DNA from: Amoebidium appalachense
Taxonomy: Eukaryota; Protista; Ichthyosporea
Direction: 5' to 3'
DNA length: 64,000 nucleotides
Assembly (NCBI GenBank): GCA_963693365.1
Contig: CAVNZM010000012.1
Location: 7,317,501 to 7,381,500, forward strand
Positions within the stretch are counted from its first letter, which is position 1, and each line of letters begins with the position of its first letter. The translations under genes were made by a program, and so were the position numbers. Positions 45,516 through 57,387 of this stretch are shown here, one piece after another. The notes below the pieces were generated by a model that saw nothing but the letters and a program-made list of their open reading frames with translations, was not told the DNA's origin and made no database searches.

Positions 45516-46224
45516 AAAAAAAAGAAATATAAATACCCCACCACCCAGCCAGCTAAAGATTGCGAGGCACATTTTAAAATTTATGAAGCAAAGCGATGGT
45601 TAAAAATCCGGGGCTCCTATCTGTTCCCTTAAGCTTGGTGCAAGTTTTAATCCCATGGCCATATTCATTAGTGAGAAGTTCGCGCGCGACGCACATGACA
45701 CCTCAGGCCCCCAAGTCGACTGGTCGCTCTGGTCGCCCCCATCATATAATTAAGTTGCATTGGTAGTCGACGTCTGTGAAACATATCATTTAATTCACTG
45801 AAAGTTTCAGGCGAGCGGATGCAAATCTGTTAAGAGATTATGAATGAGTTAAGATTGTTACCCGACCAATACCGTACGGTGGCTACTTCAACCCATTATG
45901 GTTGAACTTTGATCATCATGAGTACCCGGAAAAGGCTTATCCCGATTGATCAACGGACAACATAAAAGCACACACGTCAAACTCGTTGAATCGAGGACTC
46001 ACAACTCTGGCATTTTAACTACGTGACAATGTGCACTCCGGCAGTCACATCATCAATATTATCATAGAGGCTAAAAGAACAGTAGGAATATCACAGTGAC
46101 AACACATGTACAGTTCTAGCAAATAGGTGCCCGTGTGCAACGATTCGTAAGCAGGCACTCGACGTGCACATCGATCACGGGTACCCTGGAAACAGCTGCC
46201 CGAAGAAAGGGGAGGAGGCGGGGG

Positions 46225-46271
<47 letters not shown>

Positions 46272-46452
46272 GTCTCGGTCGAGGGGCGGTGGGGAGGGGG
46301 AGGGGGGGTAGAGGGGCAGGCCTAGGGGGGTTTTTTGGGCCGGGGGGGGGGGGGGGGGGGGGGGGGATGAGAAGGAATAGGGGGAAGGCCGCCTGCGGGA
46401 AAAAAAAAAAAAAAGGAGGGGGTGCACCATGGGGTGTTGGTGGGGGTGGGGT

Positions 46453-46483
<31 letters not shown>

Positions 46484-46893
46484 CCGTTGTACGGCCCGGC
46501 ACCAATGTACAAGGAGAGCCTCAGTAAACCAAATTTGGTTGATTAGTTTCAAAATTTCGCCATCCCCCCCATCCCCCCCCCCCCCCCCCCCCCCCCACCC
46601 ACTCAACCCTCCCCCCCCCCCCTCCGTCCCGCGCGATAGCCTAATATAGTAACTTTGCACACAATTAAGGGATGATCCCAGGGCAAGAATGAGTTTTTGG
46701 AGATTATTAATTGCAATTGAAACCACCTTCAACAAATCCGATGACAATGCATATGATTAATATTAAAGTCGACTGCTAATACGGTGATACAATGCTGTCT
46801 TGCCTACGTAATTTCATCTCCCCATGTTGGCCCGGAGTAAAAATCATTACACTGGTGTTAACTTAAAATTTTATATAGGCTACTATGAGCTAA

Positions 46894-47385
46894 TAGACAT
46901 GTTTTACCATAACACATTTTGTTTCGAATATAATAAGTATATCGCCAACCTGCCTAATCTGGTAAAATCGCGAAAAAGATATTCGAAATCGATATACTTT
47001 CGAATATCGTTCATATGAAAGGGCCAAAAGATATTCGACGGTAGTATCGTATATCTTTTGGTAAGATCGAATTTGATTGGACGCGAACACATCGATCGCG
47101 CACCATGGTCAGGTCGGCTGTTCGTGCGGTCCTGCGATATACTTATCATATACTAAACAAAAAAGTGGTACGGTAAAATCGACCGCATCATGGCAAATAG
47201 CATGGGGGTTTACGCTGTTTACTCGAGGCAAAGAGAAACCAGTCTCAGGTATGGGGGGGGTTTTGCTCGGAATATCCCCTCAGCGGTATATCATGATCAC
47301 GTACATAGATGTCGAATATATGATAAGTATATCGAGATATACTTATCATATTCGAAACAAAATATGTTATGGTAAAACATGTCTA
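46894..47385. mobile_element. MITE-like element with 50-bp inverted repeats, interrupted by a LINE 3' fragment
   Basis: 46894-46943 matches the reverse complement of 47336-47385 at 48/50 positions. Internal GATATACTTATCATA motifs occur in both orientations. Confidence 0.6.
47205..47314 (-). mobile_element. ~110-bp 3'-terminal fragment of the LINE at 25722-28962
   Basis: Reverse complement of about 28853-28962, ending at the same GTAAACAGCGTAAACCCC terminus. Confidence 0.85.
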
Positions 47386-47618
47386 ATATTAGTGGGCATA
47401 TGATAAGTATATCGAGATACCTACATCAAGTGACTGTTACTAATTAACGTTGATATATGATGGGATCGCGCCGCAAAATTCATTCAACTATGTATTCGAA
47501 TTTACATTCAGGTTGTTTTTTTCAGTATGCATGTCTTGTTTGCCAATCGGGTGCAGGCCATGGATTGATTGGATTGATCACGGGCAAGCCTTGTATACTA
47601 TTAGTGAGCTATGTACGG

Positions 47619-47665
<47 letters not shown>

Positions 47666-47958
47666 TCTGCCCGCCCGCCCGCCCGCCCGCCTGCCCGGGA
47701 CCCCACGGAGTAGACATGAATGCACATGTACACACTGTATTGGGAGTACTTAAATACTGGAAAAAGCATTTCTGGGCCGTAAACCGAAGAAGGAAAAAGA
47801 AAGCCACTCGCATGCAACTCATTGTTGAGACACAAACATCAACTCATCATTGGTAATTCCATCGGCAATGCACACATATGTGTAGAGTCTGACACACATG
47901 CATGCACACACATACACACACGCACACGCGCGCACGCACATACACACACACGCACGCC

Positions 47959-47994
<36 letters not shown>

Positions 47995-49036
47995 CGCGCG
48001 CGCACACACACACACATGCGCGCGCACACACACACACACACACTCACCCATCCCACTTCGTGCACACGGCAGGACACAATCAAAATGCACTGAGGCACAC
48101 ATATGCACCCTCACATACACTCAAAAACATGCACACACACCGTGACATGTCGTGGCACAAACACAACACGGCTACTAGTTACACAACACACCAAGAATAG
48201 ACATTATACGGTCACATTGTAATCTTTTTTTCAATACATACACGAGGAAAAAGAAAGTTCAAAGTTAAAGAAATCTTCCTGGTTCAAAATTAAATGGCGA
48301 TTGCAATAACGAAGTGTATTTGGATTGGGGGTGCACCAAAGGCACTCAGAGATGAAAATCAAAATCGGCTTTTTTCTCGATTGGGTCATCTGTTTTGAAA
48401 ATTCACTAATACTATTACGCATTGGTGGTCATTGTACCAAGTTACATTGCAAATTTTTGTTTGCGTGAGACATTTTATGTGTGTGTGTGTGACTTATGCT
48501 AAAATTTCATCCTTGCTGATTCTAAACATTTTTGCACCCATGTTTGTGTGTGCTACATGCACGCCTGTGCGAGTAACATGACGTGCACTAAGTAAAGCAT
48601 GGAACACGTGCTCATATGCCAGTCTATTATCAGTTATGAAATTGCTTGATAGATATATATGGCAAGCTTGGCTCTTTTGTTTTGCTGTGTATGTGCATGT
48701 GCACCAGTAAAACTTATCAAAAATTCGAACTTAATTAATTTTCCGGTATTACAGTTATTGCAAATATCAGCAAGTGCCGTTACGGAATTCGGTGCCTTAG
48801 CGAAGAACAGACACAAAAAACCAAAACAAAATTACGGTGGGTTGAGGGCCACAAACGACCCACAAGCCAAACACTTCATTCATTCATGCTACCTTACGTG
48901 CATTTTCGGGTTTGTTGCAGTTCCAAATATAAGAATTGTATACAGACATACAAGAGTCGTCTAACAGAACGCTAAAGACTAATGGACCCCCCCTCCCTTC
49001 CTCCCGGACACTAATACATTATTCTAATCATAAAAT

Positions 49037-50095
49037 TTAGAAACCAAGCGGCCTGTGTAGTTTTACATAACTGCAGCCATTATTAAGCGTCACCGTAAAG
49101 GGGGTGAAGGTATATTGGCACACAAGCGCCTGCAAAGTCTCAAACATTTTATCAGCCCCGTTCAGGTAGAAATTCCCGTCCGGCGTGTTTGAAATTACGA
49201 TATGCACAACGTGCGGTCTGGATTGAGCCCCCCCGGGGCGACAGGCGACACTGAGGGCGTACTGCTGCCTATGCGACGCGGATTTTCTGACGACAAAAAC
49301 TCCCTCCTCTCCGAAATTCTGCAAAAGACGCGTGGCCTCCTCCTTGTTCAGGTCCTCCCTCAACCATCGCTCGTCTCTGACCAAAGAAGCGATTTCTGGG
49401 GCACTCACCCTTCTAAACGGGGGTATGTTCTTAGTTTCCCCTGTCTCCGCTTTTGGTGATGGCGTTTTACTTATATGGCAGGAGGCCATTTCCTGTTTCA
49501 ATGAATTGGCTTGTTGCTGCAATGATGACCTTGCTGAAAACGTGAATTCGAGTGGGGATGTTGGTTGGGCGGGGAGCCCAGAGTCCTTTCCTGCGCCCAT
49601 GTTTTTGGAATCGGTCCCCGTCGCCGCCCCAAAAAGCCTCTTTGCGAGAGTTTTCATTTTCTCGTGTTTTTGTTTTGGAATTTCCTTGCACTGCTCATAA
49701 ACGGGCACAGGCTGAACACGTGTTTTCGCACCTTCCGCCGTACCTTTCAACCCCATTTTCGGGCTTGGGAGGGGGCTCTTTTGTGGTTGCGGTGGCTGCG
49801 CATTGCATCGAAGGGTGGATTCTGGGCAGCTAATCTGCCCGTTCATTGCAGGATGATTTGCTCTCCCGGGGGAGACATAGCTTCTCTCACAAGCCGCATC
49901 GAAGGATTCATACTCAAATTGACTGCTTGTGTCAATTACCTTGAGAGGAATCTTGGAGAGGGAATGAGGCTTGGCAGGCCTCTGGGGGACCCCGCCAGGA
50001 GAGTGGCCTACGGTGGACAACATGTTTAATAGCGTGCAGTGTGTGTTTGTTTGTCGAATGTTTTCTCTTGCGTGTTCCTTTCTGCATGTGTGCAT
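49037..50095 (-). CDS. Intronless protein with a C-terminal SH2 domain (adaptor-like); true start may be the Met at 50023
   Basis: 352-aa ORF in non-repetitive sequence. WLREDLNKEEATRLLQNFGEEGVFVVRKSASHRQQYALSV...VVHIVI...GNFYL...FETLQALVCQY matches the SH2 signature (W...EA..LL...G.FLVR.S...YALSV...H..I...F..L..LV..Y). Confidence 0.85.
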   Translation of the reverse strand: MHTCRKEHARENIRQTNTHCTLLNMLSTVGHSPGGVPQRPAKPHSLSKIPLKVIDTSSQFEYESFDAACERSYVSPGRANHPAMNGQISCPESTLRCNAQPPQPQKSPLPSPKMGLKGTAEGAKTRVQPVPVYEQCKEIPKQKHEKMKTLAKRLFGAATGTDSKNMGAGKDSGLPAQPTSPLEFTFSARSSLQQQANSLKQEMASCHISKTPSPKAETGETKNIPPFRRVSAPEIASLVRDERWLREDLNKEEATRLLQNFGEEGVFVVRKSASHRQQYALSVACRPGGAQSRPHVVHIVISNTPDGNFYLNGADKMFETLQALVCQYTFTPFTVTLNNGCSYVKLHRPLGF

Positions 50096-52240
50096 GAGGC
50101 TCCTAAATCACTACAATGCAACTGTTTGAAGGCGATGTGTCAAGGAGCCATAAAATGGTTTGAAGAAGATCCGAATGCTGAGCAGAAATACCATTACTCC
50201 TTGAAAACATAAGAATGTCCAGACTAGAGAGCGTATGGTCACAAGGGATTTAGGGGTCATGTGTGAAAGCACAAACAGCAATAAACAAATTACTAAAACA
50301 TTACACACCTCTGTGCCCCCGCGCCCCGCGTCCCCGCTACAGAGATGACAAATAGTGTTGGTTCATGCGAGGTAGGCTAAGGAATGAGACCACTACATAC
50401 TTTGTGTCGAACACAACAAACCTGTAATTTGATTATGGTGGATAGATTTTTTTATAATGACTTTATTGATGGATCATAGAAGGTGAAAAGGCGAGATATC
50501 GCAGGTATCCCGGGGTAAAGAATAAACCGCTCATGAAAGGAAGATACCGGCCAAAAAAAATACATGTTGTTTTAGATAACATCGTAACGCATAGTACTAT
50601 ATGTAGGGTACAACTGATAGGAGTCACCTCGGGAAGGATAGGTTTCAGAAATAAAGGATAGATTGCACTTTTGGTATCTACTTAGGGGGCGCATAACAAA
50701 AATACACAAATTTATAGGCCTGAGCTTCGCAAATAATTCGGATTTCACTGATTTTGAGGGCCGAAATATTGGTGGCATGTACGTAGAACTTAAAAAAGTT
50801 CGTGATTATACGCTACGAAATGAAGTTTGATACGGAATATAGATATTTATTACTTTGTTAATTTAAAATCAAAAACTAGAACAATCGTGGCAGTATAACA
50901 ACTATAACCGTTGGTAATTTGAAATAAATGAACACGGGCGACGGAATTCTCGCGGTCTCCCAGCTATTTTTGCATGCCTTCTTTGTCCGGTGCAATAAAT
51001 TCATTTCATTGGATAGTCGCAAAATGGCGATCTGATTGGCGCTTTCGAGCGAATTTGGTGTATTATAATTCGTCGTGACGACCGTATTGAGTCTCCCAAA
51101 ACTTTTCAAGGATTAAACACCATCGCAGAACAACAGAGTAAACAAGAAATGTTCTATCCATGGAGATAACGGAATTAAGCAAAGCTATTTTTTACTGGAA
51201 AGGGTAGTTTAAGAGCAAAAATCAGCAAAATCTATAGTCAGACAGTGAATGTCTGGTGCATTATCTCAAATATATATGTTGTCGCGGAGAAAAATGGCAT
51301 CCAATTCGACTCGCCATCTAAGTCAGGGGTGACTTTACGTACATCGGATGTCGGTCATCTATTCTTCAGCCCAACGCTGGTGTGTTACAGTCACGACTTC
51401 CATGTCATCATAACTTAGCACACACAACTCGACGTTTATGCCATCATAATTGGCATTGTAAACACATTATACATATATAGCTCATATTTTGGGCTTAAAT
51501 ATCATTATGCAGTGCACCCAGGCCTTACATGAGTACGTTCTCCACCTAGCCGCACCAGTACGTACAACATCGAGTCATCAATTATCCAGCTGGGCCTCGA
51601 ATCTCTTTTCATTGCAGTGGCACTTTTCGAAAGATCGTGACGCTGTGACTGATATAGTACTCTGGTCATGCACGTGCACACACTGTACACTGTACATACA
51701 CCTCAAGCTAAGGGGGAATTATACATAGACCTGGGAAAGGCTTTGGAACTCTGATCATGGCATGTTCTGCCAGCACCTTGACTCATTGAATAATTTGGAT
51801 ACTGCACCGTTACAACACACTGCACAACAAGCCATCCGATTCGTCCCCTTTTGGGGGGGCGGGGGCGGCGAGGGGGGGGGGGGGGGGGGGGCTGGAGGCC
51901 CAGCTGCAGGGGGAGGAGGCCTCGGGGGGCCCGGGGGGGGGGGGGGGGGGAGGGAGGGAGGGAGGATGGGAGTGAGGGGGCCCGGGGGGAGTTTGGGGGA
52001 GGGGGGATTAATTTCACTGCACGGCAGTATTTCCAATAACAGATCTGGCCTGCCATGCATATCGTAACATGTTACATAATAATATATAATACATAATAAT
52101 ACATAATAATAATAAGTAATGATCGACGATGATATTGACACTGTCGGCTGAGAGTGGGGTCATGATCACGTCCCACATGTTCGGCGAACGGTCCGAGTCG
52201 CGGCACCAGCTATTTGTACATGTAGGGGTAGGGGTTTTTT

Positions 52241-52453
52241 ACAGGGGTAGGCCGAATATAAGATTACGTGAATTTCGGCTCGAGCCCGCTAGAATCTTAG
52301 TTCCAGACCCCGTTAGCACAGAAGGACATAGGGAAACAATCTTATTTTTCATATATGCCTTGGGGGCTAGCCAGCTAGAATCTTATTTTTCCAAAAATCC
52401 TAGGGCTAGAATCTTATATTCGGAAAATTTTATTGTAGACTATGTACCCCTGT
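52241..52453. mobile_element. Small MITE-like element with short TIRs and internal repeats
   Basis: ACAGGGGTA...TACCCCTGT inverted termini (hAT-like CAGGGGT). GCTAGAATCTTA occurs three times internally, with one inverted partial copy. No clear TSD. Confidence 0.35.
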
Positions 52454-53026
52454 ATGTACTACTAGTATGCATATACGTAGGCACCGCGTCGCGTGCCACG
52501 TGCGACTGTGGCCTCAGCCGCCGTATGATTTATACTCTATTTTTCAAGGGTATGAGTTGGCGCGTAATCAGTCGACTTCGGAAGGATAGTTTTGTCAGCC
52601 TTGAAAAATAAGAGCTACCTCCAAAGGTAGCAGCCGCGTCGCCCGTTGTGACTCACTGAGCCGCCGGGCAGGCTGGCCATATGCCATGTAGTTAATTATA
52701 ATCGAAATCTTTACTACTATAGTTGGTATATAATATTATTAGTAGCCCTATGTCACTGAGACATGCACACTAATGCTTGCTTCTCTCTTTGCGGTTCCTT
52801 TCTTTTCCTGCCCATGATAATGATGTGCACACCGAATGCACAAAATCAGCCATATGCCATGTCGCCGAGTCGACTCTTGTAGCTCGCCGTTCGTGCAGAG
52901 AGAGAGAGATGACCAAAGGCAGGCTCATATCAGTGCACTGTGTCATCAAACTCCGGCGGACGGCCACTCCGAACATCGTCATATATATATATATATATGC
53001 GGCCTACCACCTACTGAGGCGGTGTC

Positions 53027-53060
<34 letters not shown>

Positions 53061-53390
53061 CTTAAAAGGGACGTAGATGTTAAAACGTCGCACGTGCGGC
53101 AACACGTCAGTACGTGTTAGGGCTCATGTGGTCAAACGGATGTTTTTGCGCTCCGAGTCACATGCTCACATTTTGAGTCTCGAAAGGCGCGTTCCATTAC
53201 ACAAGCGTTTCGGCTGCATCGCACACGCCTCTACAAGAGGAGCCCTGACTCACGCACACATTTCTCAACATGCATTGCTCCTAATAACTGATCATGAACA
53301 TAAGACTTGTAGTAATGACGTCAAAGGGGGTTTCTTTTAGCTTTTCGGGCCGGGGACCGGGTCAGTGACTCAGAAGTAGTAACGGGGTTT

Positions 53391-53433
53391 ACCCACGGCC
53401 ATCTACAAAACACGGTTGTAGATGGCCGTGGGT
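53391..53433. other. Perfect 18-bp-stem hairpin
   Basis: ACCCACGGCCATCTACAA, loop AACACGG, TTGTAGATGGCCGTGGGT. Confidence 0.85.
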
Positions 53434-53820
53434 TTACCGTTTTGAAGCTGATAGGGTGAAAGGAGGCAGCGCAGGTGCGCGGCGCAATAATGTGCAATTT
53501 CAGAGTCGTTTGGGTCTATCTAACCTATTTATTATCCCAGATCTGACCTGTCTAAATCTCAGCTTATTCCGGCGACCAACTCACTTATATACCCTCAAGT
53601 ATTTATAGTGCGGCACAAGGATTGCACCCTAAAACCCTTATATAGTGCTAAGGCAGCCAAGACGACCAGAAGGGTCGGCCAAGCTTACGCAATGCTGACG
53701 TAATGGCTAAGGAAACTGATCGAACTGTGACGGAAGACTGATGGCGAGCTTATAGTCTTGGCTATCCTAATATAGAAGCTTTTCCGAATATATCTAGAAT
53801 CTGAAGAGCCTAATCTACAA

Positions 53821-53997
53821 GGGGTTTACGCTGTTTACTCGAGGCAAAGAGAAACCAGTCTCAGGTATGGGGGGGTTTTTGCTCGGAATATCCCCTCAGC
53901 GGTATATCATGATCACGTACATAGATGTCGGGTGATATCAGGGTTTACTTTCTCTCTACGAGACACCATAGGAGAAATCAATTAGTTGGGGTTCCCC

Positions 53998-54030
<33 letters not shown>

Positions 54031-54059
54031 GGGCTCCCCTGGGACACTCGGTATCAGCT

Positions 54060-54147
<88 letters not shown>

Positions 54148-54419
54148 TGCGCTAGAATTTTGTAGTGATGTGTTTCTCAAGCCAATCAATACATCTAATA
54201 AACAGGTCGTAGTTACGCGTGTTTAGTATAAAATCAAGGATGTTGTAATTTACAGGTAGGCTATCTTTCTGGGTGTCTGTTGTGAACTCAGATGATGTGA
54301 AGTGTGTGTGTTGCGGTATTATGTGGTCTATCAAGGCATATGTTTGGCGATACATGACCGGTTAACCCCTTAAACTGGTGTGTGTGTGTGTTGTTTGGGC
54401 ATGCAAATGATGTCACCTT
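53821..54419 (-). mobile_element. 5'-truncated (~600 bp) copy of the LINE at 25722-28962
   Basis: Encodes the same C-terminus (LIDHIIPQHTH...NYNILDFILNTRNYDLFIRCIDWLEKHITTK), followed by (CA)n, an A-tract and the same tail ending GTAAACCCC. Confidence 0.92.
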
Positions 54420-55141
54420 CTCACACGTACTGACGGTGTGCACGCGCTGCGATGAACTTTACGTTCGCTGCAGCACTTGCTTCATTCTGATTGGTTGTCA
54501 CACCGCGGGATTTCCCGATTGTTCTTCCAATGACATTTTCTATCACTATCGACAGTTCTCCAATATTAGAACAGAAAACGGTTTATACCCAGATGGCCAG
54601 ATGGCCAGATCAAATTCAGTCTGTGAGCAGGGGGGGGATCCACCTGAAGTCAAAACAATCTGGCCATCTGGCCATGTGGCCATAGAATAGATTAGCATGT
54701 AAGGCACTGGCTGCCACCACTGGGGGCCGTGGTTCCGGCAGGAGGGGGGCACACGTGCAGGGGAGGCAGGGGGTCGGGGGAGGCACACGTGCACAGGAGG
54801 CTGGGGAGAGTGGGGGAACCATGGTTGTGTGATACTATCTATCCCCCATGTATGGCTGAGTTAAGACCATTTGTTCATGTAGCACGATCTTCTAGCATGC
54901 ACGTGTTGGAATGCCACCACTGGGGGGCCTGGTTCCGGCAGGCAGGGGGGCAGGGGGGCCACCCAGTGTGTGGGTGTGCATGTGGCAGGGGAGCAGGGGG
55001 GCAGGGGAGCAGGGGAGCAGGGGGGCTGGGGGGCAGGGGGGCTGGGGGGCTGGGGGGCAGGGGGGACTGGCATGCCACTCACGGGGAGGATAGTGTATGT
55101 TGGCACGTGTGGGTGTGTGGGTGATAAAGGCAGAAGCCACA

Positions 55142-55547
55142 ACACGTGTGGTGTCTAAACAGCCTATAGGCATGCTCCGTGTGCAGGCACCAATTTCTAC
55201 CCTCTTCTGGTTGGTGCCAAGAGGCAGCGCCCTACACGTGTGGTGTCTAAACAGCCTATAGGCATGCTCCGTGTGCAGGCACCAATTTCTACCCTCTTCT
55301 GGTTGGTGCCAAGAGGCAGCGCCCTACACGTGTGGTGTCTAAACAGCCTATAGGCATGCTCCGTGTGCAGGCACCAATTTCTACCCTCTTCTGGTTGGTG
55401 CCAAGAGGCAGCGCCCTACACGTGTGGTGTCTAAACAGCCTATAGGCATGCTCCGTGTGCAGGCACCAATTTGTTGTGCCTTCCTTTTTTGGTTAGATCT
55501 ATACCCGGCCAATGGTTAGCAGCCACGGGTTTGTTTTCATCAAGCTT
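55142..55547 (+). repeat. Left arm of a ~400-bp inverted repeat: 92-bp tandem unit x~3.6 plus a ~75-bp CCAAT-containing segment
   Basis: CACGTG occurs at 55143, 55235, 55327 and 55419 (period 92). The whole arm is the near reverse complement of 60523-60912. Confidence 0.9.
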
Positions 55548-55671
55548 AGACGTGATACTTTGTCAACCATCAAGGCCGTTTGAGTGACAATGACCGTTGA
55601 TTGGAGAGATCTATCCCATTGAGCCTTGGCACCATTGCTGTAAGCTGCTTTGTACCGTGGCATATAAAAGC
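55509..55671 (+). promoter_or_regulatory. Pol II promoter of ORF 55766
   Basis: CCAAT at 55509, ATTGG at 55600 and GGCATATAAAAGC at 55659-55671, 95 bp upstream of the ATG. Confidence 0.6.
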
Positions 55672-55765
55672 AGCACACACGGTCACATTCACTCATTTCA
55701 ACACTGACACTCAATAGTAAAAGGCGACACACAACAAACTTGTTTTTCAAACACTCACACGAAAC

Positions 55766-56986
55766 ATGGATTCTTGGAAAGAGGAGCTTCAACAGCTGCA
55801 GAAGCGCTTTGATTTTCTGTACACGGACCATTCGTCTCGCTTAACGGCCCTGCACACCGACGTCACCAGCCTCCGCACCGACCTCACCAGCCTCCGCAGT
55901 CAAGTGACCAATGAGAATGCTGCGCGTACCCCCCGACCCCCCCAACCCCAGCCCTCTGATGTAGAGGCACGACTGAGGGCAGCCGAAGAGCAGATCAAGA
56001 CCCTGCAGGCCGAGCTTGCCAGCCTGCAACGGGCTGCAGCACCCCGTCGGGATGGCCAGGTGGCCTATGAAAACTACATTTTCAGTGGCCCTCGCAAGAC
56101 TACCATTGCCGCCAACACCACCACTGTGACTGCTGACCCCACCCCTGCCGCCAACACCACCACTGTGACTGCCCCCACCCCTGCCGCAAAGACCACCCCT
56201 GTGACTGCCCCCACCCCTGTCGCAAAGACCGCCCCTGTGACTGCCCCCACCCCTGCCGCAAAGACCACCCCTGTGACTGCCCCCACCCCTGTCGCAAAGA
56301 CCGCCCCTGTGACTGCCCCCACCCCTGCCGCAAAGACCACTCCTGCCAAGACCACCCCTACCACCAAGACCACTCCTGCCAAGACCACCCCTACCACCAA
56401 GACCACTCCTGCCAAGACCACCCCTACCACCAAGACCACTCCTGCCAAGACCACCCCTGCCGCTAAGCCCAGGCCCAAGCACACCAAAACACCTGAGACT
56501 TCGTTGCATGACCATACGATGGACCTCGATGCACAGCTAACTAGTGTGAGGGGGGAGCTCCAGAATGCTCGAGAGCGTGTCAAAGAGGCAAAGGCGGCTG
56601 AAGATGAAATGGCGGAGGGCCTGGCCATTGCTGCTGTGTGTGCAGCCCAAAACACCATAAAAAGCATCCGAAGGAAGATTCTGCGACGGGAGAAGAACTT
56701 GAAGGCATACACAGGTGGTAATGAGTCTGTCTCTTCACCTGCCTCACCCGCCAAACGCGTCCATGATCAATGTGATTGGGACTCAGATGAAGCATTCAAC
56801 CCCAAGCGGCTCAAACGACGGGCAAATCAGGTACTCGATGATATGACAGATGACGAATCTGCGTCTGATCGTGAGTCGGTCGTGTATGACCGCAAACCTG
56901 AACCCAAACATAAACAAACTGAAGAAATTCCCCTCATTGATCTTGACCAGGAAGAGTTTGACCAGTATGAGCATGAGATGTACTGA
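55766..56986 (+). CDS. Intronless hypothetical protein (406 aa): coiled coils, Thr/Pro/Ala/Lys repeat linker, basic NLS-like segment, acidic tail
   Basis: Long ATG-started ORF with an upstream TATA box, heptad-like segments, in-frame PTPAAKTTPVTA and KTTPT/KTTPA repeats, and a T-rich 3' region. Confidence 0.8.
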   Translation: MDSWKEELQQLQKRFDFLYTDHSSRLTALHTDVTSLRTDLTSLRSQVTNENAARTPRPPQPQPSDVEARLRAAEEQIKTLQAELASLQRAAAPRRDGQVAYENYIFSGPRKTTIAANTTTVTADPTPAANTTTVTAPTPAAKTTPVTAPTPVAKTAPVTAPTPAAKTTPVTAPTPVAKTAPVTAPTPAAKTTPAKTTPTTKTTPAKTTPTTKTTPAKTTPTTKTTPAKTTPAAKPRPKHTKTPETSLHDHTMDLDAQLTSVRGELQNARERVKEAKAAEDEMAEGLAIAAVCAAQNTIKSIRRKILRREKNLKAYTGGNESVSSPASPAKRVHDQCDWDSDEAFNPKRLKRRANQVLDDMTDDESASDRESVVYDRKPEPKHKQTEEIPLIDLDQEEFDQYEHEMY

Positions 56987-57387
56987 TTTGATTGGTCGAC
57001 TAAGTGGCATTCTCTTTTGATTTGTATTTGAATTGATCGGTCTTGATTTATTTGTTTCTTTTCTCTTTTAGTTTGTATTTGAATATACTCGGTCCAAGTT
57101 GATTTGTTCTTTGTAATCTGACTAGACTATCATGTACGTACGTACTCTTTTTCTATACAATCACTTGTGTTCATATTAAAGGATTCTGTGTACGTGGACC
57201 ACGGAAACATACACCATTTTTTGCAGTGCTTCATGCTATAAAATAACCATGAGAGACACAAACAAATACACTAAGTGTGTACACGTCTACCCATAGGCCC
57301 AAGTGTTGACATGTCTGCCCACAGTTCCCTAAGGCTTAAAGCACACATCTGCCTGTATGCCATAAACTTTACTTTCACCACAAGACA

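Noticed and set aside
53700-53815. Possible hAT dimerisation-domain remnant (TED*WRAY...FPNISRI*RA)
   Set aside because: Short, contains two stops, and the similarity is only impressionistic; cannot be supported without a profile search.
55142-55470. CRISPR array interpretation of the 92/93-bp arrays and of the satellite
   Set aside because: Units are repeated end to end with no unique spacers, there are no cas genes, and the context is eukaryotic.
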